Positions 1-35,439 are shown, counted from the stretch's first letter. The stretch is 64,000 nucleotides of DNA from Amoebidium appalachense (GCA_963693365.1 CAVNZM010000005.1:4347167-4411166), one strand, 5' to 3'. Numbers and translations: made by a program. The notes: generated by a model not told the origin, from the sequence alone.

Positions 1-253
1 GCGGGGGGAGGGGGGGAGGGTAAGCAGCCATAGCGCACCTCAGCCACTGGCCCATATGTGTGACCACGGTGGCAAATGTGCATGCCTGCAGGTTGGGCTG
101 CAGCAGGGCCAATGTTGTATATGTGAAGCAGAACACAAGCAGCACACTGCCCGTGCCCAGTAGTGGCTCGTGCACGTCGCTGCCAGCTGCACCCCTACCT
201 CAGTTCCCCTTCCGCCCCCTCCCACCCTCCCCCCGCCCCCTCCCCACCCACAA

Positions 254-329
<76 letters not shown>

Positions 330-2110
330 GAAAAATAAACAAATAAATAAACACACAGGCACCACCAACAGCACATACCCCACACAGCCGAAGCAAACAT
401 CATAGCTGCCGCAGCCAGCAGCATCACAAAAGGCCACAGAGGCTGGCGGGTCTTTGGTGCCAGCATTCTCTGAGCCAGGACCACCAGCAGGGCCAAACTG
501 TGCAAGCTCACCCCCAGCAGCAGATATACAAGCCCAGCACTGGGTCTTGCCCTATGCAGCAGCCATGCCCACGCAGCCATTCCCACCTGCACATATGCCA
601 TACGTAGCAGGGAGATGGGGCCCAGTGTGCGCCATGCATAGTCTAGCTGCTGCACACCCACTAGGGCCAACCCATATAGTGGGTTGCATAGTTCCCGTCG
701 TTTGCTGGCCTGCCACAGCCCAAAGTCTTTGCGTCGTGGCAGTGCCGGGGCAACATCCTCCTGTCGGACCAAAGTCAATGTTACAGCACCCACAACATTT
801 CTCTCTCAATATTTTGATAACAGCCTTCTCCCATCCCCCTACCCACCCACACCCCCTTCCCCCCCCCCCCCCCCTTTCACGCGCCTGCTCTACACACCAC
901 TGACCTGAAAGGATTATACAGAAAAGACAAAAAGCGAGAAGAAAGGAATAGAAAAGAAAAGAAAAAAGAAGAGGAAAACACGAATAGATGACGATTCGTC
1001 CATTTCTCTTGCCTCTAGCACTGCCTAGAGACCACAATCGATGCTGCCCACCACAGAGGCCATCTTCCCTTGTTGCCCCCCCCCCCCCCCCCCCCCCCCC
1101 TCTCTCTCTCCCCGAGGCTCCCCCCCCCCTCCCCCCCTCAACCACCACCACCGCCCTCCCCTCCCCCCACCCCCCGTCTTACCCTCCCCTCTCCCCCAAC
1201 ATCTTCCCGAATCTCCACCTCCCATCCTCTACTCCTCAGTGGCCACCCTCACTTCCTCCACCCCTCCACCCCCATATATCCCCAATTCTTGCACACTTCA
1301 GGAACATGCACCCACCTTGCTATTACCGGTTGAAGACAGCAGAGCTCTCAGCAGCCTGGCCAGTTGCTGCAGCACCGTCTGTACACCCACTCAGTCAGCT
1401 CCCCCTCCCCCCTCCCCCCCCCCCTCTTTTCTCCCTCCCCCCCTCCCCCCCCACCCTTCTCCCCCCCCCCCCCCCCCCCCCCCCCTCCAACCACCACCAC
1501 ACATACACACACACACCCCCTCTCCCCGCGCGTGCAAATATACCCGTGTGTGTGTTGACCTACCGAGCCGTATAGTTCGTAATGGTAGTCAAACAGGCAG
1601 GCGGCAGCATATGCCAGCAGCAGTGGGCTGGCCGTGTAGAGAACCAGCCCCACTGGTTCTGTGGCCGGCTGGGGCAACAAAACTAGGCCCAGGCCCAGCA
1701 TGGCCCCCCACAGCACACCAGCACGCAGCAGCCTGCTGCACCGTCAGTATGCAACCGGAGGAATCAACCCCAACACAAGGATCATATGGTGGTGTTTTGG
1801 GATGTATTTGAGTATGTTTGGTAACCATGCGGGTGACCCATGCACAAGATTAAAGGCTATGCAGGGGGCTAGGTGTACCTCAGAAAGTGGTACTCTGGGC
1901 GGGACGGCAGCTTTCCTATGCGGTAGACCAGATAGCCGGCCACGACCAAACTGGCAAACAGGGTCATGATGATGGGCATGGTCAGCTGCCACTCCTCAGA
2001 CTGCTCCCCCAGCCCCTCCGTCTCCACGTGCCCCAGCACAAGCTGGCTCCACACACCCTGCTCCCAAAACACCCGGTCGGCAAAAGCCCTAGATCCTCCC
2101 CCCCCTCCCC

Positions 2111-2141
<31 letters not shown>

Positions 2142-3214
2142 ACACACACAAAAAAACACACATACACTCCCTCTCTCATACAGAGCCACACAAACAACAC
2201 CCAGACAATAACACCACGTTGCCGGCACACTCCAACACCAGCGGCACCCACTATACCTCCGTGGGCCAGTCAACCAAACCTTCCATATGCATCCTCGCCA
2301 GGCCCTAGGTTCCCCTCCTCCCTTTCTCCCCCCTCCCCCCCCCCCCCCCCCCCCTCCCCCCCCCTACACACACACACACACAAACACACAAGCACAAACC
2401 TCTCCCTTTCTCTCCCTTTATCCATTACAGAACAACACACAACACCCTCCCAAACATTCACCCCACACTGTTGAGCACACTTCATCACCAGCCGCATCCA
2501 CTATACATGCCTCCGTGGGCCAATCAACCAAATCCTCCATCCTCTGGTGGGTCAGTCTTAGGGCTGCTGGGCCCTCAGCATAGTCCTCAGCATTCTTCAC
2601 AGCCTCCACACGCGCTTCCAACACCGCCGCCTCCTCCACAGCTGCCCGGGCCTGGGCCTCCACCAAACCCCCCACAGCCAGCCCTCCGGCAGTAGCTGCC
2701 ACCAGCCCCACCAGCAGCGCAAGCACGGGCGCTCCCTCAGACGGGCCCACTGCAGTCTGCGTGTGCCTATTATACATGGCAAAATGAGAAGGACTGGATG
2801 GACAGAGAGAGGTGGAGGGGGGTGGGGGGGGGGTTTTGAATGCGTCAAAGTACGAAGTACACAAGAACAAACGGATAACACGATGCAGAATGCAAGCCAT
2901 ACATAAAGAGTATGCATAATAAGCAGAGCCCATCCTCAGGGGGGGCCCACGTCATCCACAGTACCCGAGTTTCGACCTATTCCCCTCGTTAACGAAACCC
3001 AACTCAGATACTGTTTCACTTGAACATGAGTAGGTCACCCGTCTTGATCAGAGACGAGCAGGGTTGCTTATGCAGGCAAGGGCAGTGGGAAAGGCCGGGG
3101 GTTAAAGTTGCAGCAGTAAGCAGAAGCAAGAAAAATATAGATAGGAACTCAGGAGACGGGGCTTCTAGGAAGCTCCCCCGTCGATACCTAAGTCGATACT
3201 TCCCTGGCTAACAT
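1..3214 (-). CDS. Multi-exon, multi-pass membrane protein of unknown family; 3' end lies beyond the left edge
   Basis: Putative first exon MLARE (3200-3214) joins in phase 0 to TAVGPSEGAPVLALLVGLVAATAGG (from ~2756). Later hydrophobic exons: MPIIMTLFASLVVAGYLVYRIG (~1875-2088), MLGLGLVLLPQ...LLLAYAAACLF (~1565-1735), LVYLLLGVSLHSLALLVVLAQ (~378-770), SVLLVFCFTYTTLALLQ (~39-186). GT/AG boundaries; phase across 2088-2510 unresolved. Confidence 0.6.
2834..3167 (-). mobile_element. Poly-C-abutting dispersed repeat, subfamily A, longest copy (intron 1 of membrane-protein gene)
   Basis: Reverse complement aligns with 43057-43336 and 18559-18663 (CTCGTCTCTGATCAAGACG, TCTGAGTTGGG, GGTCGAAACTCGGGTAC, CTGAGGATGGGCTCTGCTTATTATGC, TACTTCGTAC, CGCATTCAAA then C-run). 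Confidence 0.85.
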
Positions 3215-3633
3215 ACTACACCAGCTGAAAAGAATTAAGTCCCGAAGGCCGCAGAATTCGCAATCAGAGGGGAAAATATGAGATTTGACCCACGCCGCAG
3301 GGTAGTAACACGCTTACTAGGGCGGAACTTTATCGTCTTCGAACGGAAAGCTATGCCCCCGGATGTCAGCCGGAAATATGGTATCACCCATTGCTTTGGG
3401 CTTGAAAAAAGCCAAACCGATAGTCCGAGTTATGTTACGCCGGCGGGTAACATGCCGCATGGGTTCCAAGGGAGCTGTCGCCAACAGAGCGGTGTGTGCA
3501 TGCGTGTGCGTAACGCAATGTGTGAAGTGTGTCTATAGCTATGAAAGGGGGTATGCAGAAGTGGACAGATGAAGTGTGTGGAGAGAAAAACAGTAAGAAG
3601 AAAAGTAGACACCGGTATGTGCAACCCCGCACA

Positions 3634-3668
<35 letters not shown>

Positions 3669-3769
3669 AATAAGCGAAGATTACAGGTAATCAACCAGAA
3701 CAACAAATGACAAGCAAAACAACAGGCGCCAAAAAAAAAAAAAAAAAAAGAAAAGAAAAAGAAAGAGAG

Positions 3770-3938
<169 letters not shown>

Positions 3939-4037
3939 GGGGGGGGGGGGGGGGGGGGAGGGGAGGGGGGAGGGGGGTCTTAGGGATGCTGCAGAATCGT
4001 CAGATATTAGACAAATCGTACCAATACGATCATTCTC

Positions 4038-4499
4038 TCATATATGTGAGAAGATTGTGACTAACGATGTGCAGAGCTGGTTAAGACCTGTTGAGTGTGC
4101 AGAGAAAATGGGAGGGGAAGGAGGAGGGGAAGGGGGGGGGGGGGGGGGGGTAGGTGTGAAGTAAGAGAGGGGAGGGAATGTTAAGAGTGTCAGTAGTCTC
4201 AGGGGACCCTACAGAGTCGTTAGATGTCAGACAAAAACGCACCAACGACCAAGTTCTCCGAGGGGAGAAATGCGTAAAACGTTCTGCAGAGTGGGTTAGA
4301 GACCTGCTGATGAGAAGAGTGTATACAGGGTTTGGCCGGGGGGGGGGGGGGGGGGGGGGGGGGGAAGGGGGGGGAAAGAAGGTAGGAGGGGAAGGGGGGG
4401 GGGGGGGGGGGGGGGAGAGGAGAAGGGAAAAAAAAGAAAAAAAAAAAAAAAAAAGGAGGGGGGGGGGGGGGGGGGGGAAGGGAGGGGAGGGAGGGAGGG

Positions 4500-4562
<63 letters not shown>

Positions 4563-5630
4563 GAAAAAAAAAAAAAAAAAAAAAAACCTGTGGTGGACAG
4601 ATCAGAGACGAGACCTCCATTTCAAAACTTACCAGGCAACCCAAAAACCTAGCCGGCTGAGAAAGAAGAACGGCGGGGGAATTGTTTGGGAAAAGGAGCG
4701 GGGGGAGAGGGGGGGGGGGGGGGGGGAGGGGGGGGGGGGGGAGGGGGAGAGAGGGGGAGAGAGGGGGAGAGGGAGAGAGAGAGAGAGGGAGGGAGAGAAC
4801 GAGAGAGAACGAAAGAGAGAGAGAGAGGGAGACAGAGAGAGAGAGAGGGAGGGAGAGAGAGGGACAGGGAGAGGGAGAGGGAGAGAGAGAGGGAGGGGGG
4901 GGGGGGGGAGGTGTAGGGGCTGGTAGGGGGGAGGGGGGGGGGGGGGGGGGGGGGGGGGAACCGGGATAGAGTGGGGGACTGGGGAGTGTTGATCTTTTTA
5001 GTGATGATGGAGAGTATGTGAGAGGAGTGAACGCCACGGTATATGTGCGGGTGTGTGGCGAGAAAGCTGTGCATTTTGTGGTGCAAGAGTCTAAACGAGT
5101 AGCCTTTGTTAAGCAATGTTTTAGCAAGTCGTGCAGTGCATGTGGTGAATGCAGCAAGTGTGGAGCATTTGCGTTGGTAGCTATGCATTTGACTTGTCAT
5201 GATGCCGTATTTTGCAGTGCGGGAGATGAATGAGTCGTGATGTGGGAAACGAACGATGTCTAGTGTATTGAACGTGGGGGGGGGGGGGGGGGGGGGGAGG
5301 GAGGAAGGAGGGAGGGAAGGGGGGAGGGAGGGAGGGAGGGGGGAAAGAGAGGGAGGGAGGGAGGGGGGGGGGGGGGGGGGGGGAGGGAGGGAGTGGTGGT
5401 GGGGTGGGGGGGGGGGGGGGGCAAGTGGCGAGCTTGGGGAATGGCACACGTACCCATCCCCACTGCTGTCCCCTCCAGAAGCCACTGTGCTCTTGAGAGT
5501 GCTCTTGAGAGAAGGGGCTGTGGCCTGTGGGTCCAAACACCACTCAGTGCGCCGGCGAATGGCTTGGCCAGCCCATCATTGCCCCAACACTGCGGGAAAA
5601 CGCAATCTAGAGAGGACGCTGGCAGGCAGG

Positions 5631-5694
<64 letters not shown>

Positions 5695-5918
5695 GGGCTT
5701 GCCTCTGCTTCTTCTGGCTGGTCATCTGCCTGGCCCGTGGGTGTGTCTGTGACGTTGGCCTTCTCAGCAGAGGTCAGCACTGTGTTTGTCTGTGCGTCCA
5801 CACACAGTGCCTCGGTCGGGCGGCTGCTCGGCTCAGGCAGCAGGGCCAGCAGGGTCATAACCTGGTCAAATAGCTGCTGCTGCAGCCAGTGCACGACACC
5901 ACCTGCTGAAACCGCCAT
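4038..5918 (-). CDS. Possible small spliced gene of unknown function, divergent from the formin
   Basis: ATG at 5918 (MAVSAGGVVHWLQQQLFDQVMTLL...), candidate exon ~5453-5590 ending at a GTACGT donor, candidate last exon 4038-4087 after a CAG acceptor. No recognisable domain; first junction uncertain. Confidence 0.3.
4959..5275 (-). mobile_element. Fragment of a Penelope-like retroelement: C-terminal region following the reverse transcriptase (Naiad/Chlamys-like)
   Basis: Open frame DIVRFPHHDSFISRTAKYGIMTSQMHSYQRKCSTLAAFTTCTARLAKTLLNKGYSFRLL fits the pattern I recall for PLE RT C-termini (ivxFP..dSxI....YG...SQ...Y.R.CS....F......L...LL.kGY). Flanked by poly-C on the element strand; RT core absent. 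Confidence 0.75.
5630..5692. repeat. (GGCACA)n hexamer microsatellite
   Basis: About ten tandem GGCACA units. Confidence 0.9.
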
Positions 5919-6697
5919 GTGGCCACCTTAACGGCCTTAAGACAGGCCACGCGGAGGGGCAGGTTGGAGTGTCGGTGATTGATAATCAGGGCTACAGGGT
6001 GGGGCGATGGCACACATCACGGCCACCTAGAAATGGAGATGGGAAGAACGGAGATGTCCATACCGTTGGTGATTACTCTGGCGTAACTTTGAGGACTTTG
6101 AATTATGGTCAGGTTACAACGGAGAAATCACTTTTGTTTATTTCAATTTGGTGATCATAATGTATTTGTTTTAGCAGAAAGCTTTTGTTTGTTTTCTTTG
6201 GCCGCGGGCTTCAAACTGAGCCACTGGGGGAGGCCAGTTTGGCCACAAACCTAATTTATGATTCCAACTTACCTTCCCTAACATTTTACTATGCATGAAC
6301 AGTGGCTGATTAAAATGCTAATAGTCCTTGTATAAATAACCTTATATAGATATTTGGGTTTAGGTGACCCAATCCGCAGCTGCGCACCCCCACAACGGCG
6401 CTTGCCATGCCTGACATGAAAAACCAACAGTTCTCACAGCAGGTGAGTGTGCCGGAGCGGCGAGATCGAGCGCGCTCTAACTTCGAATTCCGCGGCCGTG
6501 AAGTAAACAAACGTATGCATACGACCACTTCAGAAAACGTACAGAGAATACTCCCTTAGGCCCTAGACCTATAATCTCCTGCCAGCTGCATGTATACAGG
6601 AGCGCATATTGGCAGGGTATAAGCTGACGTTGCCAGCCGTGAACGGCTGCAGGCAAACCTAAACATCCCACAGCAGAAGAAATCATACACAACAGCA

Positions 6698-6709
6698 CCG
6701 CCCAGATCT
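6698..6709 (+). promoter_or_regulatory. Candidate promoter motif CCGCCCAGATCT upstream of the formin
   Basis: Identical 12-mer at 61564-61575 upstream of DAHP synthase; related CCGCCCA(A/G)A near two other gene starts. Confidence 0.35.
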
Positions 6710-6910
6710 AGCCGTAGGGTGTATTTGAACCAGAGGTTCGGTTTTGCTAGCCGCTATTACTATGGTAGCCCTGCTGTGTAAAGGCATATGAGAGGGTGTG
6801 GCTCTAGTTAGCACTCAGGGGGCCGAGGCGGGCTGGTGGGAATCGCACAGATTCAGTAGTACGATCGGAAAGTCAACGGACACTATCCGAAAGTCTTTTT
6901 CACAGCCAGG

Positions 6911-20142
<13,232 letters not shown>

Positions 20143-21365
20143 TGCACATGCATGCTCAGTGGGAGATTTGGGTGGTAGAGTTGAGTAGGTTAGTTGCAAA
20201 ATCGAACATTGGCAATCAATGAAGAAATATTGTAAAGTGTGTGAGAGGGTATGTGGTGCATAATGGTAGGCATGTATGACCAATAGGCTGCAGTTTCAAT
20301 GTTAAGGATGCGAAAGTTATGCATGCATATGGGGGTACGTGACCATGTTGGTAGAGACGGCCTTCTAGCAAACATAACTTGAGACAAGCAGGAGTTACAT
20401 ATTATGCGTTCTGTGTACATTATAGATGTTATAATCCCACGAGTCAATGTATTCTTGGAGGAGGTAGGCAGCTCGTTAGTCTTGATTTGGTTGGTAGCCT
20501 ACCGGGTAGAACTGTTACACTATACGGGCTGCAGAAGCATCGACGGGAGATTAGTACCCCTGTTAGTGGGGGGAGGGGGGGAGGGGGGGGAAAGGGGGGA
20601 AGAGGGGGGGAGCGGGTATCTTCCAGAGACGATAATTACCCAATGGTTCTCTCATGCACAACTGTACTTGGAATATATGATGATAGGCCACTCATATGAT
20701 GTAGTCCCACATGTACAGAAATAATAAGAGCACTCCATTATAATAAAGTCAATAAGCATAAACAAAGCACACCGTCGGAGCATGTATATAAAACAATAAA
20801 AAGAAGTAGGAATATGGTAAAACTATTTGCATAGTATGAGACAATACACCCACATGTATTGTTCACGTTTGCACTTTCATGTCTGCACGTGCAAGACCTC
20901 CCTATACCCCCCAGGCCATCATACATGGGATTCATGGCCAGTTCTATTGCTATCATCGACCATACGGTACTCAGTGAACCGTGACTGGGTTAAATATGTC
21001 ACTCGCCTGCCCAGTGATAATCACGAATACACAGTCTGCAACCGTAGTGCAGCCCTACTTTGGCTGTAACAAACTGTATTTTCTACCCCTTTTTCTTCCT
21101 TGGCAAAGCTTCCAAACTTTTGCGCATGCACGACATGTATACTTAAATGATCGGGTCCCGTGTGTGCATATGCCATGCATATGTAACGGTTGCAGTATCA
21201 TGTGTTGTATGTAATCAGTTAGGGCCTTAGGTAATGCCGTAGGTAGTTTAGTCAATTTCCTACCTTTTTCTTGTTTCTTTATCGTTTTATGATCATGAAT
21301 AAATTGGCAGGCTGTTTTTCTTCTTCTTTCTCTTTTTCATTTTTTTCTTTCTGTGTTGTGTTGTG

Positions 21366-21432
<67 letters not shown>

Positions 21433-21806
21433 CGTGCGCCACGGTGTGTGTATTTCACGTATCATGCATGTGTGTATTTGGGGGGCCCGGGAGGGTGAGG
21501 GGGTTAGCATGGTTGTAGGGGAAGGGGGGGTAAGAGGACTTTCTTTCCGTTTTTCTTTTTTTTTTGGGGGGGGGGGGGGGGGGCGGGGGTGGGGGGTGGG
21601 GAGGGGGGGGGAGAAATGGGGGGGGGGGGGGGGGGGGGGGGGAATTCAGTAGTTCAAACCCTACCTGCCTTCATCTTGTTCGAATTGCACACCCCGTAAT
21701 CACGTAATCCCTAGGGCGCGACTCAGCTGCAGCTTGGCAATTGCAACTAATAGCCCTTCCCCCTTTTATTCCTCACCCCCCCTGTCTTGTTGTCTAGTGC
21801 GTCATC

Positions 21807-30328
<8,522 letters not shown>

Positions 30329-30742
30329 TGCATAGGCCATGGTGGCATGTACACAGTGAACAAACCCGTAGAACGAAACAGTTGAATGTGTATTGCATCT
30401 AGTCTTTGCACAACAGGTGTGTTGCATCGAATGGTCCCGCTAATGATGTATCAAATCCACCTTACTCATGTCAATCACATGTGTTGTTTCCACCTAATAG
30501 TCTCCAGTTGTGTGATACCTATACATGTTTATTCCTTCCATCTACAAAATGATGGTACATGCAAATGGCTTCGATGTGTAAAAGGTGTGTTTCATCTACT
30601 TTTGCCCAGAGTTGGTGTATGATAGTTATTTGGGGCATTCCCGCATCAATACATGCATATGTGTGGGCTGGCAAATACAGCCAACATAGCCCGTCCTACG
30701 TACACTACAGCCCGGCCAGCGGGTCTGGCATTTGATTGGTTG

Positions 30743-31089
30743 CTACTGCTGGCTGGCCAGGTAGCGCTGGAACGAGGGGTCCATTTCATCCTCATCCTCT
30801 GCATCATGTGTTGCACGTCACCACCCATGAAATAAAATCACCGACCCCATTATAGTTTCCGGGCCACGCAAAATACAGAAAGACCCCCCCCCCCCCCCCC
30901 CCCTTCTTCCCCCTCCCCCCTCCTTTCAAACACGCGAACATTGCGTGCACACAAAGACAACATTTGTGCAACCAGGCACAAGCACTCGCATTCAGGCGTG
31001 TACGTATACACACACTCACCCACCCACACATCCACGGTAACCCCATTATCCCTGTCAGAGACTCAAACCTCACCCACAACCACAAGTAG

Positions 31090-31138
<49 letters not shown>

Positions 31139-31235
31139 AAAAAAAAAAAAAAAGCAGCCCCAGCCCCCCTTCCCCCCACCCCCCACCCCCCACCCCATGG
31201 CCAACCACCAATTAACAAACAAAAAAAAAAAAAAA

Positions 31236-31279
<44 letters not shown>

Positions 31280-31283
31280 AAAG

Positions 31284-31319
<36 letters not shown>

Positions 31320-31482
31320 ACCCACCCACCACCACCACCACCACCACCACCAAAAAAAAAAAAAAAAAAGGTTTTAATGCATACACATGCACACACACCA
31401 AAAGTGCCACATTTGCATTATGCAAATCACACACGTGCAAACACCCACTTCCACGTATGCACATGCATGGGCAGAATCCACA

Positions 31483-31531
<49 letters not shown>

Positions 31532-31695
31532 TCGTCATCGTCCCCCTCGTCACTGCTGTCCTCTGGTAGTGCCGGTGATCTCCAGTGGCTGACTCCCGGC
31601 GCCCCCAACACAGACCCTACCCACTGCGTATTAGCACCACTGATAAAGCACTCTTACCAAGTCATCATAAGTGCACGCACGCATGCACGCACACT

Positions 31696-31762
<67 letters not shown>

Positions 31763-31765
31763 CGC

Positions 31766-31802
<37 letters not shown>

Positions 31803-31987
31803 ATAGAGAGAGACACCCTCCATATCTTCCTCTTCCCTAGAGCTACCACCAACACCACCCATCTAACCTACCCACACAAACAACACAAACTGGCCTAACC
31901 ATCGGCTCCCCCCCCCCCCCCCCCCCCCCAACACCACCCATCTAACCTACCCACACAAACAACACAAACTGGCCTAACCATCGACTC

Positions 31988-32025
<38 letters not shown>

Positions 32026-32862
32026 CTTTCCCCCCTCCCCCCTCCCTCCTCCCTCTCTCACCACTACACCACAACAACAACAAAAAAGAAGGAAGAAAAA
32101 ATGAAGAAAGATATCAATCGAATAGCCAGAACACCAACCCCACCCCCAGTGCACATCCCACACAGGCTGTCGCCTACCCTTGCCGTCGACCACGACTGCG
32201 CCCGCCTTGCCCATGTCTGTGTGCAGTCTCTCCATGGCCTCCTCCTTGGCCCTCTGCTCGATCTCAGCCTGCACCCCTTCATATCAGCACGTGTACACCT
32301 TTCGTTCCCCCTCCATGCGTGGCCAAAAACATCAACATCGTGTCCATGAGAAACTTCCTCCTACTTGCATACAGCTAGCAAACAGAAACTTAAAGTTGCA
32401 GAACGGTAATAACTCCCAGGAGGGAGGGAGGGAGGGAGGGGTAGGGGAAGAGGGAGGGGGAAGGGGGGGAGCGGGGGGGAGGGGGGGAGGGAGACGGAGA
32501 CGGAGAGGGAGAGGGAGAGGGGGGAAAGAGAGAGCGAGAGGGAGAGGGAGAGGGAGAGGGAGAGAGACGTGAGGGGAGGGAGCGCGGGAGAGAGTGAGAA
32601 CATAAAGGGAGAGAGAGAGAGGAGGCCATAAAGAGAGACAGCGAGAGGGTCATTAAGAGGAAAGCAAAAAAAACCAAAGATACACACCTTTTCAACACGC
32701 AGGCGTTCCAGCTCAGGCACGTACGACCTGTACGCAACACCCATTATCGTCTGTGTCCCCTTGAAACCAACCCCTCCCATCACCATTCCCCCCTCCCCCC
32801 TCCCCCCCCCTTTCCTCCACCCAACCCACGCACCCACCCCCTACCCACCCACACACGCACGC

Positions 32863-32896
<34 letters not shown>

Positions 32897-33031
32897 ACAC
32901 ACACACACCTGTAGTACTCTGTCTTGGCCTCGTCTATGCGCTGAAACAGTGTGGCCATGCCCTGCCCGGTGACTGCAGACACACTGGCAAACTGCACCCC
33001 CCCGACGTCAGTAATCCAAGCCGCCAAAGCG

Positions 33032-33064
<33 letters not shown>

Positions 33065-34189
33065 TTCCTCCCCCCCCCCCCCACACACACACCCTTCCCA
33101 TCTACAACCTCCGACTTTTCCAATTCTTTTCCCCCTCTCCCCCGCTCTCACTGATCTCCCTCCCCCTCCCACTTACTCTATCCCCCTCTCTCTCCCTCCG
33201 TCTGACCAGTATGTGTGTGAATTCTCTCTCCCCTCCCCTCTGGCGTGTCTCTCTTATCCATCTCTCACTCCCCCCCCCCCCCCCCCCCTCTCTCTCTCTG
33301 GTTGTAAACGTGTGCACATCTGCCTGTTGGTATCTATCTCTTTCTCTGCCTACCCCCCCCCCCCCCCCCTCCTCCCCCTCCACTTCCCCCCCTTCCTCCC
33401 CCCTCTCCTCCTCCCCCCCGGGGTGTGTGTCCGCCTGCCTATACTTTCTATCCCCCTCTCCCCCCCCCCACACACTCAGCACTCACAGCCAGTGTCTTAT
33501 AGAACTCCTCCAGCACCAGGCCCATGCTCTGGCTCAGTGTGCTCATGTAGCTGTCATCCCTCTGCAGTGCCTCTCTCAATAGCTCATAGTCCTGCATCCA
33601 CTCAGTGGCAAACTGGGAACACACCCCACTCTAAGTGTGCATCACCAACACACATCAACTGAACTACTGGCCCTGTACGGTACTTATCACCAACACACAT
33701 CAACTAAACTACTGGCCCTGTACGGTACTTATCACCAACACACATCAACTAAACTACTGGCCCTGTACGGTACTTATCACCAACACACATCAACTAAACT
33801 ACTGGCCCTGTACGGTACTTATCACCAACACACATCAACTAAACTACTGGCCCTGTACGGTACTTATCACCAACACACATCAACTGAACTACTGGCCTTG
33901 TACGGTACTTATCAAGCAACATTAAACTGACCACTACTGCCTACTCATGTGCCATGCCCGGCCCGGCCCGGCCCGACCGTTAAGCCCACCCGGACCCGAA
34001 TTCCCCTCATCTCCCCCCCCTCCCCCCCCCTTCCCCCCTCCCCCAACACACACAAACACACACAAAGAAACACCATTCACACAACCACAAACATCAATCA
34101 CACATGCACCTCCCCTCTTGCTTGTGCCACCTATGCCTCATGCCCTGCTCCCCTCCCCACCTCCCCACCTCCCCCCCCCCCCCCCCCCC

Positions 34190-34222
<33 letters not shown>

Positions 34223-34683
34223 ACACCCACCCAACAAACCAAACGACACTAACAATCATCCACACGGCCATTGCACACCCACAAACCCACGCCTCCCCTC
34301 CCCCTCCCCCCCAAACACACATATACACACCTCGCTGTCCACCACGTCCGCCTTATTGAAGCACACCACCATAGGCAGTTTTGTCTTGTAGAAGATGCTG
34401 CATACACAAGGGTCAGTCCCTACCTCTACACCCCCCCACCCCACCCCCATTCCTCCCTCCCCTTGCTCCCTCCAGACCCCCCCCCCCCCCCCCCCCCCCC
34501 CCCAACACACACACACGCACACACACACAAACACATCCTCCGTCCCTCCTAACCACCTCCCCCTCATCCCACCTGCACACCTAGCAACTCACCCACCTGC
34601 CCACACACCAGGTAGTTACACACACACACACAGACAGGCACACACAGAGAGATCCACAGACAGCAGCCCCCCCTCCCCCCCCC

Positions 34684-34714
<31 letters not shown>

Positions 34715-34719
34715 AGCAG

Positions 34720-34753
<34 letters not shown>

Positions 34754-35195
34754 ACACACAGACACACACACACACCTGCAGGCATAAAGCATGTTCGATA
34801 CGAATGTGACCGGGCTTGTGCATCTAGGTGTGTCGACCAGATAGAGCACCATAGTGGGCATGGTGGCCGCCAGTGACTCTGTGATCACGGCACCACTTGC
34901 ACTCCACGTGAAGATCTCGATCTGCCCGGGTGTGTCTACAAACACCTGGCTGCACGGGCACAATGAGATAAACACTCTCTCCACCCCTCCGTAACCATCA
35001 CAAATACACACACACACACATACAAACACCAGCTCCCTCTCTCTTTCCCCCCTCCTCTCTCCCCCCCCCCCCCTCCCCCCCACACACACACGCGCGCACA
35101 CACACCCTCCTCTTGTCATGGACTTACACTACTCCGAAATCTATAATTTCCTACCATGCAAACATTCACCCCTCCCTTCCCTTCCCTTCCTTCCC

Positions 35196-35237
<42 letters not shown>

Positions 35238-35404
35238 AAACCACACACACACACGCACACACGCACATACACACACACACACCCAGCAACCGCATTCCAC
35301 TGGGCCAACCCTATATACCCTGCAGCATACCGCCTCCCATCTACCCACCCATCTTCTCTTCGTTTGCCACCTGTCCTCGTACCCTCCCCCTCCTCCCCTC
35401 CCCC

Positions 35405-35439
<35 letters not shown>

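Noticed and set aside
2418-2933. Recurrent [12 protein letters not shown] ORFs (also 18563, 43238) as a peptide gene family
   Set aside because: They are translations of the dispersed repeat; the frame is not conserved across subfamilies.
20676-20730. Box C/D snoRNA from ATGATGA
   Set aside because: No suitably placed CTGA D box or terminal stem.
33641-33914. CRISPR-like array
   Set aside because: Units are contiguous with no unique spacers, there are no cas genes, and the context is a eukaryotic intron.
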